From contig CM120644.1 of assembly GCA_051362555.1 (NCBI GenBank), positions 14,158,567-14,222,566 on the forward strand: a stretch of 64,000 nucleotides of DNA. The letters are read 5' to 3'. The notes below the pieces were generated by a model, which saw only the letters and a list, made by a program, of their open reading frames with translations, was not told the DNA's origin and searched no databases. Positions 50,314 through 63,142 of this stretch are shown here, piece by piece; position 1 is the first letter of the stretch; every line of letters begins with the position of its first letter. The DNA comes from Lingula anatina. Lineage: Eukaryota; Animalia; Brachiopoda. A program made the translations under genes and the position numbers.

Positions 50314-51506
50314 TTAATCTTTATTCTTGAACAGGGCTGAAACTATGACCCCAACTGCAAAACCGGCTGCCCAAATTTTCACTATCGTCTCTCTCGCAAA
50401 GCCAAGAACTCCTGCCGACTGAAGTTTAGCTATAATATCTCCCGCCGGCACACCCCCGCCATATTTAATTGCAGTCTTGCTCATCCATTCGGCGGCCCAG
50501 GAACCTATACGTATACCATCATGGGTAAACCCAAAGGAATCGAGACCGCACACACATAAAGCAAGGACCACGGCCCCGCCGACTACGCCTCCTATTATAT
50601 ACCTCCGGTAGGCCCGTGCGCCTGCAAATGTTGAAATGGAGAGTTATTCAATGGTCTGAAACCTCTTAAACACTCACAAATGAAACAGAATGCATCACGT
50701 TTACAGTTTCAAGTTTTCAGATTCCATGCTGTGCAATGAACTTGAAGTACAGTGGCGATGCTCTATTCGGACTTAGGTGTCTTTCGTTGAAATGCGAATA
50801 TTTCTCTTTGTATGTATGTCAAATAATGCATTATCACCGTCTCAATATTGGTGGATTTTATTTACTTCACCTTTAATTAATTTTTACCGTTATCTGGTTC
50901 CGCGCTTTTCTCTGACACGCCACTGGCATTGTCCTTTGCAATCTCATCACTATCCCTGTACAACAGTGCCTGCAGTATGTTAACGCCGCCGGTTAACACC
51001 GAGTGTAAGGGAGCGACTGAAGCTAAAAATAAACATCAACTGCATGGTGTTCTGTTTCCACGTTCAGTCGGCAACACATTTATATATGCAAATAATAACA
51101 ATAAAGACTACAGTGTATGTTCAAAGAATAAGAGACTAGGAAGGATTAAATTGCACGAGATTTCTGAGGGGACTTTTTTTCTATTCTTCTAGACTCGATC
51201 CTGCTAACTGTACTCAGTATTTCATTAAACTGGTCTAAAATACATTTTTACCGCTATCAGGCTTCGTTTCTTTCTCCAGCACGCCAGCAGGACTACTTCT
51301 GGCATATCCAATCGCACCGTAAGCCCTGCTCATCAGTGTCTGCGGTGTAGATCCTGGACCAACTTGACTTACGTGCTGATAGGTTTCTGGTCCTTTCTTA
51401 CTGCCGGTAAACCACGAGGACGGGTGAAAGTATGGGGTAATGGCAATGGCCCCTACCCCAATGCCGGCCACGCCTCCTCTCACATAGGCCCGTGATCTTC
51501 GTGCGC
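50314..51506 (-). CDS. IFI27/ISG12 (Ifi-6-16 family)-like protein, last three exons complement(join(50314..50621,50888..51016,51252..51506)); start exon unresolved
   Basis: The last exon encodes GFTHDGIRIGSWAAEWMSKTAIKYGGGVPAGDIIAKLQSAGVLG, matching the ISG12 motif GFTxxGIAxxSxAAxMMSxxAxxxGGGVxAGSxVAxLQSxGxxG. The two upstream exons have ttgcag|/ttcag| acceptors and G|gtaaaa donors, all phase 1. Confidence 0.8.
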
Positions 51507-51879
51507 CTGCAAAATCTGAAATTAAGGGTCATTTAGTGGTCTGGAATTTATCAGACACTCATTAATGAAGGCAAGGTCTTATAAACAGTGTTGCCGATAT
51601 GTCAGCGATATGCAAAAAAAAAAAAAAATAATAATAATAATAATAATAAAAATAAAATAAAATAAAATAAAAATAAAATAGAAATAAAAAATAAATAAAT
51701 AAATAAAGGCATTAATAAAAAAGGGAAAATGACTTGCTTTATACGCTTACCAATTGCCCAATTCAATAAAATGTTAAACAATTCACCTTAAGGTGATATG
51801 TTTTCGTAAACGATATATTTTTTTCGAACAAGTAAATGAATGAATAAATAAATTCAAAGAGGTAATTATTTTCCCGCTG

Positions 51880-53740
51880 TTTTTATGTACAGACACAGAT
51901 GTGTCTGTACATATAGCCATCATCTGCGTCTGTCGTCGCCGTCGTCGCCGTCGTCGCCGTGCACTTTTACCGATAACACGATAAGTGGAAAACCATTTTA
52001 CCTTTTGACTTGAAACTTGCAGAACTGATGAATATTCATAATACGCAGGTCAAGTTCGAAAATCAGCATGATCGGGTCACTTTTAGGGAATTTATGCTGT
52101 TTTTTCACTTTTTTCAGCATATATGCAACACCGATAACACGATAAGTGGAAAACCATTTTACCTTTTGCCTTGAAACTTACAGAACTGATGAATATTCAT
52201 AATACGCAGGTCAAGTTCGAAAATCAGCATGATCGGGTCACTTTTAGGGCATTTATGCTGTTTTTTCACTTTTTTCAGCATATATGCAGCACCGATAACA
52301 TGATAAGTGGAAAACCATTTTACCTTTTGACTTGAAACTTACAGAACTGATGAATATTCATAATACGCAGGTCAAGTTCGAAAATCAGCATGATTGGGCC
52401 ATTTTTAGGGAATTTATGCTGTTTTTTCACTATTTTCAATATAAATACAACACTGATAACACAATATAAGAAAAACGGATTGGCCAATTGTAATCATACT
52501 CACAGGAGTGGTCAATCTTACTAAAACGCAGGTTGAGTTCGAAAATCAGCATAATCAGGCCATTATTTTAGAAGTTATACTGTTTTTCACATTTCCTCAG
52601 ATTCAATTATTAGGCATGTTAACAGTCTCATTATTTAACTAATAAGATGCCTAAAAGTGTTTGTTTGATATTTCCTGCATCTTTACAACATTGTTAGTTG
52701 ATTATGTAAAAAACATGGTAAACTTGTTATCATGTATTGTGTAATAAAGTGTCAAAAATGGAAATAAACTCATATCATTGCAGTTTGTCAGATTCAATCA
52801 TCCACTATGTTCAGAATCTCAGAATGGAGGAAATTGGACATTTAACACTGTTCTATTGATACTTTTCCCATCTCATCAATTTTCTTAGTTGGTCATATAA
52901 AATGGCAGTAAAATGTTTATTTTGTTTTATGTTAAAAAAGTGTTAAAAATGGAAATAAACCCATTTCAGAACAGTGCTGTCTTGTTTACATTTTGGCATT
53001 TTCAAGGCGTGACTTTGAAGTTCCATGGGCCTGAAGACCTTTGCTAGTCACATTTTCTGAATATCTGTGAAACAAATATTTTATAATTAAAAATTGATGG
53101 TCATTTAGCTGTTAAACATTATGTAATATTGCATCAAAATTTGAAGAAACCCCTATTTTGGGCACTGCTTCCATGATGACCATTTAAGGAAAATCATGTC
53201 ACTTACTGTTCTCAAACTTACAGGAAAGAAACATGGGACTAAAATACAGCTTCAGTAGGCAATGCAGTCTGTTTGGTATTTTTATTTATTTATTTATTTA
53301 TTTTGGCAGTTAAACAGTTTTTTGTGAAAATTCAATTTTTCACATATTGGCATTTTCAAGGTGTGACTTTAAAGTTCCATGATCTTGAAGACTTTTGCTT
53401 GTCACATTTTCTGAATGTCCATGTTACTAATATTTTATTAATAATATTTGATTGTCATTATGCTGTTAAACATTATGTAATGTTGCATCAAAATTTGAAG
53501 AAACCCCTATTTTGGGCACTGCTCCTATGATGACCATTTAAGGGAAATCATGTCACTTACTGTTCTCAAACTTACAGGAAAGAAACATGGGTCTAACATA
53601 CAGCTTCAATAGGCAACGCAGTCTGTTTGGTAAATTTTTCTGGCAATTTAATAGTTTTTTGTGAAAATTTAATTTTTCACTTATTTGCATCTTTATTTTC
53701 TGTTCTTTGTCTGTACATTTGACAGCTTTGCTGCCTTGTT
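51880..53740 (+). mobile_element. Non-autonomous Helentron/HINE (DINE-1/pearl-like) element, copy 2, with 161-bp and about 355-bp internal tandem repeats
   Basis: 5' ttttatgtacagacac-agat-gtgtctgtac hairpin; (GTCGTCGCC)n; 161-bp units starting at 51971, 52132, 52293 and 52454; about 355-bp duplication (52993/53348); 3' sub-TIR ctgtacat plus short stem, ending TT. Confidence 0.72.
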
Positions 53741-55555
53741 TATACTAACTATATACATATATTCACAATCGACCTGGACTAGGGTGAACAACTGTGTACT
53801 AGTACATGTATTTTTTCCGTAAAGCATAGGCCTACCATCCGTAAAGCATAGGCCTACCAGATGATGCTGTATATACCTGTATTCGTGGACAGGCCCAGGG
53901 GCGGAACCAGAATGTTTTGAAGGAGGGGTGGGGGTGGGGGTTTAGGACTGACAGGCCTCTGATGCGAAGGGACCTTCGTCCCCTTTTCAAGAGCCCCCCC
54001 CCCCCCAAAAAAAAAAATATTATTATTTAAAAAATATATATAATAAGAAACACAGGAATTTAAGAGGACAAAAGGTGCACTTTGGCACGGTCTAGAACAA
54101 CGATCCAGCTCAAAATCCCAATTTCAAGAAGGGAATATTGATTTTTTTTTCAGAAACCAAAGAGGTAGGGGATCAGGACCCCCCTTACAACCCTCTCTAA
54201 ATCAGTGGTTTAATCTCATCAAATTTCTCTTTAATTTTTATTAAATGATAAAATTGCTGGATCTTTTTAGAGGGCGTCCTCTATGTTCTTTCCTCGGCAG
54301 TTCTGCAGTGTAGGCCACTGCAGCACATGGTCGATAAAAAACTCGTCTAAATTTCTCCACCTATTGCGAGGCATCGATCGTTTAATTTTTTTCAATGTGA
54401 AGGTCTGTTATGTAGGCTACTATTAATGTCGTTGTTTTGTGTTTTTGTTTCTACGATACATATATACATAATGCAATTTGCGCGCGTGTGCGTGTGAATT
54501 TGTGTCAGAAAAAGGAGACAGACAGAGAGAGAGAGAGAGAGAGAGTTCCTGCCCCTGCTCTTTGTTTACTTATATGCCGCACCCGCTGTAGTTGTTTGTG
54601 ACTTGTATACAAAGGCATACCTGAACTGCCGTCCCTGAACTGTGTTGTCAATACCCTAAACAAAGGAAACGGTCTAATTTTCATCTTTTAGCCTATGCAG
54701 CGTACGCAATGTATGCCCACTGGTGCAAATCGTAACTCCTGGAAAAGCTTGCCCGATCCCCGTTATCAAAAGTAGGATGAATATCGCTTCACCCTATTTA
54801 CGAGTCACCGAAGCGTCCTGACTGCTTGACAACAAGATTAAACCTGTCTCGTTCTCGTTTATGGAGAGATAAAAAAAAAAAAAAAAAGAACAAAACAATA
54901 TTAGTTCGGACATGCGCACTGGGATTCTTTATTGATACACCTTCACAAATAAGGTACAATCAAAGACAGTACAACTAATTAACTATAACAGAGTACAAAC
55001 AAGTAAATGAATAAATATACATGATTTTAACGTTTACATAAAGGCGATATAGATAAATACGTGTTAAAAAATAATAATAATGAAAAAAAAATTGGATATC
55101 GCAGCAGAAAAGGAATGTTTACCGACCTTTCCTGATCTCGACCTTTACAAAGCACTGGGTGAAATTCAGTAAAATTGTTTTCGGTTTTGAAATGATCTAT
55201 TTAATTAATATAAACCTAAATGCTATATATATTAATCATTCACCGACCAGTAGGTTTACGAGGATTAGAATAAATTAATTTGAATACATACAGATCGATG
55301 TTGGAAAAAGAAAAACTAATTATAATTAATAACAAGAACAATGTATTATCCAAATCAGCCGTCAGAGAGCAGTATCGGCGGCCAGTGCTTCATCTACTTT
55401 GAAACTCAGCTTGGGTGAAAAAAATAATAACATAAATATCAAAATATCGTAGTTAACTTCCTTTGAGACAAATCTAGACAAAAGATCGACTGCATAACAA
55501 ACGTTGTAATTTGTACAGCCAGATTTAGTGCATTTTCCTATCGGCCAGTGTATTC

Positions 55556-55625
55556 CCGTCAGGTGGCGCTAGAACTGCTGCAAGGAACATGGCGGCGCCC
55601 ATAGAGACAAAATCAATTTTATGAG
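55556..55625 (+). promoter_or_regulatory. Probable promoter and non-coding first exon of the CSGalNAcT-like gene, with CTCF-like and YY1 motifs
   Basis: CCGTCAGGTGGCGCTA (55556-55571); AACATGGCGGC (55586-55596); donor GAG|gtaggg after 55625; acceptor ttactttgcag| before 56236 leading into the ATG-containing exon. Confidence 0.6.
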
Positions 55626-56722
55626 GTAGGGGTTGCCTTGACTGTTTTCCATTCAAACCAGTACTCTGTTAATTTCAAGCCAAGTTATATGATGGGCCTG
55701 ATGTTATTTTTTTTCACACTCACGTGAATATTGTTATGAAGACACTGCTAAGGATTATTTTCATTGAGAGGAAATTCAGCGCAGCGGGACGTACAAGTTC
55801 GCCACGTAGCTAGGAGAGTGTGATATCAGTGTATTGTGCATTTTGACAAAGAATGGACGCGTTGTTTATCTTTCCTTACCAGAGTCATTCAGGTTGATGC
55901 CAATTCTGCAAATGGTGCTTTAGTTTTTATTTGCTTTGTTGTGTGAAGCGATTATATACATAATTACTGGTAATTTACTTTAATATATAACTGTAACAAA
56001 TAATTCATGTACCTGTTATTCAATAGTTACATTTACAGTATATCTTGGTATATTAGTATATTAGTATTTACTAACTTACATGCTGGCATATTGTGAAGAG
56101 TAATTCAAGAGTTGCATTTATTTTGATAGTATATCTTGATGTTAACTTACATACTGGTATATTGTGAAGAAGAAATTTGTAAACAAAATAGATTTTAACT
56201 GTAAATATATTATGAAATTTTCATTTACTTTGCAGGTAGCTGAAGGTATCTGTAATTGTAACGAAAGAAAAGAGGAAAGAAAATAATGATATAAAGAAGC
56301 CAATTGCCATACAGAAAAGGTCGTCTTTTTTTAGAATCACTGATCGAAGAAACTCATGGTTTTGATTGGGTACATCTTTAGTGGCAAGCAAGCATTAGAA
56401 AGGTTTAGAGAAACACAGTAAACTTGTGATGGGACTTGGATATTTGTGCTGACACATTTATTCATGTAGATGTGATGTACCTGCCACTGTTTTAAAGATT
56501 TTTAGGGTGATCAAAAAACCTGTGATACACAAAAAGTGCAAGTAAAGTCTAATTTCCATTGTTTACATTTGGAAATACATGTATATCACTACTGGTAACA
56601 TATTTACCTCTATACACCATTTTTTGTTAACATTTTACGGGTAAAAGATATTCATTTTGAACAAAAATTTTTAAGTTCTCAATATTTTGCCACAAAATTA
56701 TGCACTATTTCCACTGACCACT

Positions 56723-59651
56723 ATGTGTAGAAGAAAAATGCCAAGGGACATACTCAAACTATCTGGGGCATTTCTACTGGGATTCCTCACCAGTTATTTC
56801 ATGAACTATACAGTCCCTTGCCCTGGTGGGGGAGATCTCGCTGACCTTGAATCCAAGCAAGAACCTGAGATAAAACTGTGTCAAAATGAACGAAACAGCG
56901 TGCAATTACGTGAGGCCTATAAGCCTTCCACTCTTTTTGATGTAATACGATACGAATACTTCACTGACCGTCACATATATGGAGAGTTTGACAGCGACCC
57001 AAGAATCGGTTTTCTAGGTCACCACAAGGGGGACTTGACCCACATTCTAGAGCAACTGTCATCATTGTATCATGGAGCTAAGGGATATGATTGGTTCCTG
57101 AAAAAGATAATCGATGGTTATCGACGCTTTGATCCAAATCGAGGAGAAGAGTATGTCTTAAATGTTGAACTGAGGAATACGCATGATCAGTCCAAAAAGG
57201 ACGTGCAGAGATTCGAGGTGGTTAAACCATTCAGCACGGCTCACTTACTTAACATAAAACCATACCAGAGCTCCGAGACAGTTCACTTTATCCTTCCCAT
57301 TTCAAAAGTGACAAATCGTCTGAGAACTTTTCTGAAATCTTTCGAGGAAACTTTTTTAAAGCCCAAAGAGGAGGTTCATCTGCTTCTTGTTGTCATGGAG
57401 TTCAACTTTCAGGCAAAGGAGGGGGATGGAGTGATTGTACGCAACCTGGTGAAGGATTTGAGAATCCGGTATCCTCAACACAAAGTCACCATGTTGCAGA
57501 CCAAGCGGCCATTTTCTCGTGCCTTAGGTAATAAGTCATAATAATAACAGTACAAAAGTTGGTTTAAAAAAGTGAATAATTTTTGAGAGCCTTAGCCCTT
57601 TTTACATCGGGTAGTATACATAACTGAACTGGTTCACTTTGAGATGCTAACCAATGAGTTGGTAATTATCCAAGTGAGTTATCAAAATGAAATTAAAAAC
57701 CCTAATGAAAAAGCCCTATAGGATCCTATAGGAAATTGGGCCAAATTGGGCCAATTTCTTATAGAATCCTATAGGATCCAATAGGACTTTTTCATAAGGG
57801 AAGGGACACTAGTATTTATGTTCGATTATTTTTTATGATTTTCAGACAAGTTTTAAAATTTTGATTATTTTCTGATGTACACATAGAGACATTTTCAGTT
57901 ATTTTCCTTTCACGGATAGGTATCGACCTTGGAACAAAGCAACTCCCAGAAGAGGCTCTCATGTTCTTCTGCGATGTTGATGTGACACTGAAGCGGGACT
58001 TCCTTGACCGTTGCCGTAGCACTGCCGTACATGGCCGCCAAGTTTACTACCCGATCGTGTTCTCCCAGTATGATCCAGAGCTTGCCAAAGGATATTCTCC
58101 CGTCACCAAGGTCAAGGATTTGCTGGATATCAATAAATATACAGGTTTGTGTGTATGTTTGTGTCTGGATGTGAATTGATTTGTGTGCATGTATGCACGC
58201 GTGCGTGCGTGTGTGTGTGTGTGTGTGTGTGTGCATGTGTTTTGAAGTGTACTTCATACTATAGGCAATTGTGGACTAATTTGACAATGGCTGTTATAAA
58301 ATTGTTATCAACCTAAAACAGGCACTATTTAAAAAAAGGGTTTGTTGTGCTTAAGACATCATTTGAATAAATATTTTTAAACGCATGAAATTATTACCTG
58401 CATAAATGGTGATTGCTAATTGTAAATACTGATGTTTCTTTGATGTGATAGGATTTGGGAATGTTTAAAATAAGCTAACATATAAGTTTGTGACTTGACT
58501 TAGAACTTTGTCTTGTTGACAACATTGCTTCACCCTCTCAGAGACTTGGGCTTGTCTACTGAGAAAACATACTGTTCTGGATGACTAACATACATAATTT
58601 TATTTAGGAATGTTGCTAACTTCACATTTGATTGACAGAAGTAGAGTAGGAGGAGTGGCCCTATCAGTCAAAATTTCACGTGATTGACAGAAGTAGAGTA
58701 GGAGGGGTGGACCTGTCAGTCAAAACTTCACTGTATATATTTCAGGGCACTGGATAACTTATGGTTTTGGAATGGTGTGTCTCCATCAAGCTGACTACCG
58801 CAGAGTGGGCGGGTTTGACCTGTCAATCACTGGTTGGGGTGGGGAAGATGTTGATTTGTATTTGAAACATGTAAAGAGTGATCTGAAGGTAGGTGCTTGT
58901 GAATTATGTTAAAGAAAAAAGTAGTTTGTCTGTTTTAATTAGTTCATTTAAGTGTTAGTTATTAGTACAAGCCACAAAACTTTATGTGAAAAACAGGAGG
59001 TATTTTGTGAGGTGTAGCTGATACAATAATCTCCTTTATTTTAAATGAAGCTCTGTGATACTGAAGTTCTGTATCTGATTTGAAACATGATTCTTGCAGA
59101 AAACAATAGGCTCTTTTCACTTTCCAAAACATTCATGCAATTCATGACAGAAAGGAGCACAGCCTGACATGATATACTGCTCAGATCAAGGTTTCAAATG
59201 TTGATGTTGAATCTGAGAATGTGAAACTTGAGTGATTTAATAAAATGAACTTGTGATAATGTGAGAAACCTATCTAAACAATTTCAATTTGATGTGTGAT
59301 CGTGCATTTTGAATAGTCTCAATCTCCAGGTTTGATTTGATGTTGAACTTGTAACCTTGGGCTGTAGGTTTCCATGAATATATATAATACTTGACTCCAT
59401 ACAGATGGTTATAAATAAATTTAGAATAAAAAGTTATTCTGATTGTGAATTTTGAAAATTTGTTTTCACAGGTCTTCCGTGCTATGGATCCATCCCTAAT
59501 CCACGTTTATCACAGCAGGTCATGTGACCCAAATCTGACCAAGGAGCAACTGAGGATGTGTATTGATTCGATGGCCGAAGGATATGGCTCCAAGACGCAA
59601 CTTGCCAAAATGGTTCTTCGGAACAAAATGATGCCTCAGAATGACGAATAA
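56723..59651 (+). CDS. CSGALNACT: Chondroitin sulfate N-acetylgalactosaminyltransferase-like (CHGN family, GT7 domain): join(56723..57527,57920..58144,58746..58888,59472..59651), 450 aa
   Basis: Type II TM N-terminus; motifs DGYRRFDP.RG.EY.L, FILPIS, PFSRALG, MFFCDVD, VYYPIVFSQY, G.W..YGFGM.C, GGFDLSITGWGGEDVDL, L.H.YH...CDPNL..EQ..MC. GT-AG introns with consistent phases (1353 nt). Confidence 0.9.
57700..57800. mobile_element. Palindromic CCC...GGG MITE (EnSpm/CACTA-like, AA flanks) in a CSGalNAcT intron
   Basis: ccctaatgaaaaagccctatagg ... ccaataggactttttcataaggg. Confidence 0.6.
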
Positions 59652-62277
59652 GTGGGTTTTGGGTTTGACCTATTGAGCAGCTCTTATTTCAGTCCCAATA
59701 ACTGAGATTACATTTGTATGCTAGAGGAAGATGTAAGTCTTCAATTTAAATGTGCTAAATGTCTAATTATTTTCTACACAAAATATTCATTATATATAGT
59801 TATTATTAAGTTCCTGTTAGCAGAGGATGTATGTGTACTTTTTTTAGTCATAGTTAAAACTGGAAGTTCGGAGTCCAGCAAAGAATTTTACCAGCTGTGT
59901 TATGCATTTAAGATGACAATGATGATTTCTTTAAACAAGAACTAAATCTCAGAGGTATTACTACAGTCCAATATTTCAGAGTCTAGCAAGGCACCATCAG
60001 AGAATGCAGCCATAGGGGTTGTAATAGTTACTGTAACAATCCTTCTTTTTAGCACTTGTTTTATGAATCTATAATTAATGCAGCTTCAGAGTTTGGGGGC
60101 AGTTTATTCAAATGCTCAAAGTGCCAATGAATTACTATTTGCCTATGTTACCAGTGTTTTCCATTGTTGTCTTCCAGCTTTTTCTAATAGGATAATATAC
60201 AACAGGGGAGATTTTAGGCCAGTATATCCATGCTTCTTGTAGTTAACATCAGTTGAAAATGGGGAGGGAGGAGCGGGGAGGAATAGGTATAGCGGGCACA
60301 TACCCTCCAACCCTCTTTTTATCCTCTGCCCTCCCCTGCCCCTGCGAATAAATAAATGTTGGAAAATATGAAAACAGCCTAGCAAGCAAAATGAGACAAA
60401 AATCCATCCTTGTGCATTATGTCATTTAGTAAAATTGTCTTTATGAAATATTCATATTTTCAAGGCTTCACGAAACCCGGGTTTGGCCAAAGAACACGTA
60501 AAAGCTACAGCTGTAGATATAGTGGTCAGTCTGTAGACTATTTGTCAGCATGTAGTTTATATTTAAGCAATATCTGTTGTTAAAGCATCGCAGTATGTAT
60601 TTACTTTGTAACAAAGATTCAATAAGTGAACAGTCCAGTCTTAAGTTAGGGCAATATATAACTTATACCCGGGTCTTAGGCAATGTTCATATTAATCTCA
60701 GCTAATACTAAGTTATGGGTAAAATTTAAAATGCTTCCCACAAGTTATGTTTTAGATGAGCTTTATAAATCTAGTCACTAGGTGCCAAATAATGGAGTCT
60801 ACACCTTTAATAAATAATATTATCAGACGATCAGGGTATTAAAAATTTGTTTTTTTTTCTTTTTTTACTTTACACATTTACTCAATGCGACTAGGATCCA
60901 ACAAATCCTAGATTGTGATAAGAAACGAGGCTAAAAATATTGCATTATTTTATATCTTGTGCAGTAGACAATTATTATTATTACAATCAACAGAGTCACA
61001 TAGATGTTGCCTACAAATTAAAATACATACATCTACTTTTGTGATATTATTTTCTGTCAAAATGTTTCCATTGTCAGAAATGTGATTCCTTGTAATTTAT
61101 TTGTGAAGTCATTTTGCACAAAATATACAAAAGTGCCCTCTGGCGTTTAGATTAAGTGTATTTGTTTGTGTGTTTGTTTGTTTACCTCACACACTATTTC
61201 TAAATATATTCATTGTCAAGGGCTTGTTTAGAAAGTACCGTGTGATAAACTGCAAACTGTGGAATAAGTATTTGCAGTTGTTCAGCAATCAGAGTTCTAC
61301 ACAAAAAGAAGGCAATCAGATGTTTATCTTTGCTTTAATAATTATTTATACATATTTGTGATACGCAAAAGCTGTAGGCCAAAGATTTATATCAGAATAT
61401 CATGGCATACTAATAAGAAAATTAAATAGTGCTCACATTTTTTTCAGTGTCAGCTGCTTCATACTATAAAAGAAATTGTCAAAATGCTTATTTAAGTAAC
61501 AAAGTTAAGAGGAGTAATTGAAAAAAAAATTGAGCCCGACCAAGAAAGAATTTGGAGTGGTTTTCTCCTGAAAAAAAGCAACATTTCTCTCCACTCCAAC
61601 CCACTAATTATTTCAATGACTTGCTTTATCGGCAACCATGCACACAGTGAGTCCAAATTTCACACAAGCAAGAAAATTTTGTATTTTTCAAAGACAAAAG
61701 ATGGTAAACTACTCCTTTAACTTTTAGGGATCAGTTATAAACTTTTCAAACACCCCTTGAACATGACATCTCATATCCTACCTCAGAGTCCGTAAAACTA
61801 GACTTTTTTCTTTTATGTTTGCCACTGTTGGGCCAGGTTTAGCGACTGTAAATCCTCATAAGTTGCCCACTTTTTTCAGGAATTGACCTTAATAATTTGA
61901 AATTTCAAGTCTCTGCTGAGACTTGGTTTTCACTCAGGTAGTTTTTTGCAGCAGGTGCCTAGGTTTAAATTTAGAAAAGGGAAGAATAGAAGGATTGTAA
62001 GTGCCAAAATGATCCACAAGCATTGTAATATCAGCTGAAAAACAAACAAGTAATTGCTTAGTACAGTTGATGTTTAGTCCTGCAGCAAGAGGAATTTTCA
62101 AAACTCTTGCACTTAGTATGTGTAATTGCTATTTGGTGAAGAAATAAAAAGTGCAGTGTAAAAAAAAAGTGTTATCAATTTTTTTTAGTTTATAAAGTCA
62201 CAGGCACAGAATTTAAATTATTCCTTTCTTAACCAGTATTTTTCATTCTGAAATTTGATCAGAATTTTGTAACCCTT

Positions 62278-62308
<31 letters not shown>

Positions 62309-62383
62309 GTCCCATAGTCTGACGACTGTAGGGGCACAACAGATGATCTGGCAACCAATGCTCTCCATCCATCTTGATCATCG
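62278..62383 (-). mobile_element. RTE-like LINE 3' terminus with (AGAT)n tail
   Basis: The minus strand reads DDQDGWRALVARSSVVPLQSSDYGTDR* followed by (agat)n. Confidence 0.65.
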
Positions 62384-63142
62384 TAATCCTTTAGGCTTTA
62401 GCTATTGCAGTGGAGTGAATAGTGTGCACTGTTAAAAAATCACCACCTAAGTTCACCAAAAAATTATCCTTCGCAGTTCACAATTTCTTGCCTATGATCC
62501 CATCAAAACACTGCTTTAAATAACATTAATACAGATGTCACCATGGTAATTTATTTAAACATCATTAAGTTTACTTAATGGGTAATTTATTAGATGCTCA
62601 TTGTAAGCTGGATCATCTTATCAAGTCAAATGCCTAAATAAAAGTTTCAGAAAATACTGAAATACTGACACAACATCAAGAAAAATATAATAATTAGGCA
62701 CTCAGTACACAGATAGCACATCTTACTTGTATGAATAATAATCAAATACACAAAATCATACTTTAAATTTGCCCTTACAAATTGTCAGTACAAAAAATAG
62801 AGTTCTTGAATTTGATGCACCATCACTTGAATTTTCAGGATATTATAGAAAGACCCAATTTTATTTCTGTTGTATTAAAGCTGCATAAAAGGCTTCAAAA
62901 TTTGGTAGAATAGTGCATGAATTGTGCATACTTCATTTGATATATGAAATAAAAAATATGATTGAGATGTTTTTAGCCCAAAATTTTAGCTTTAAAGCTA
63001 GTCAAAAAGCACACCTGAGGTTAGGGGCTGGAGAGTGGGGGTGGCCAGAGTTCTTTCTTTATTTCATCCTTCATGTTGAGAAAACTACCTTCCCGTACTT
63101 AAAACTACTACAGATGACCAAACACACCCCCTGCTAAACTTT

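Noticed and set aside
51971-52590. 161-bp repeats considered as a CRISPR-like array
   Set aside because: Contiguous tandem units with no unique spacers, in a eukaryotic Helentron-type element.
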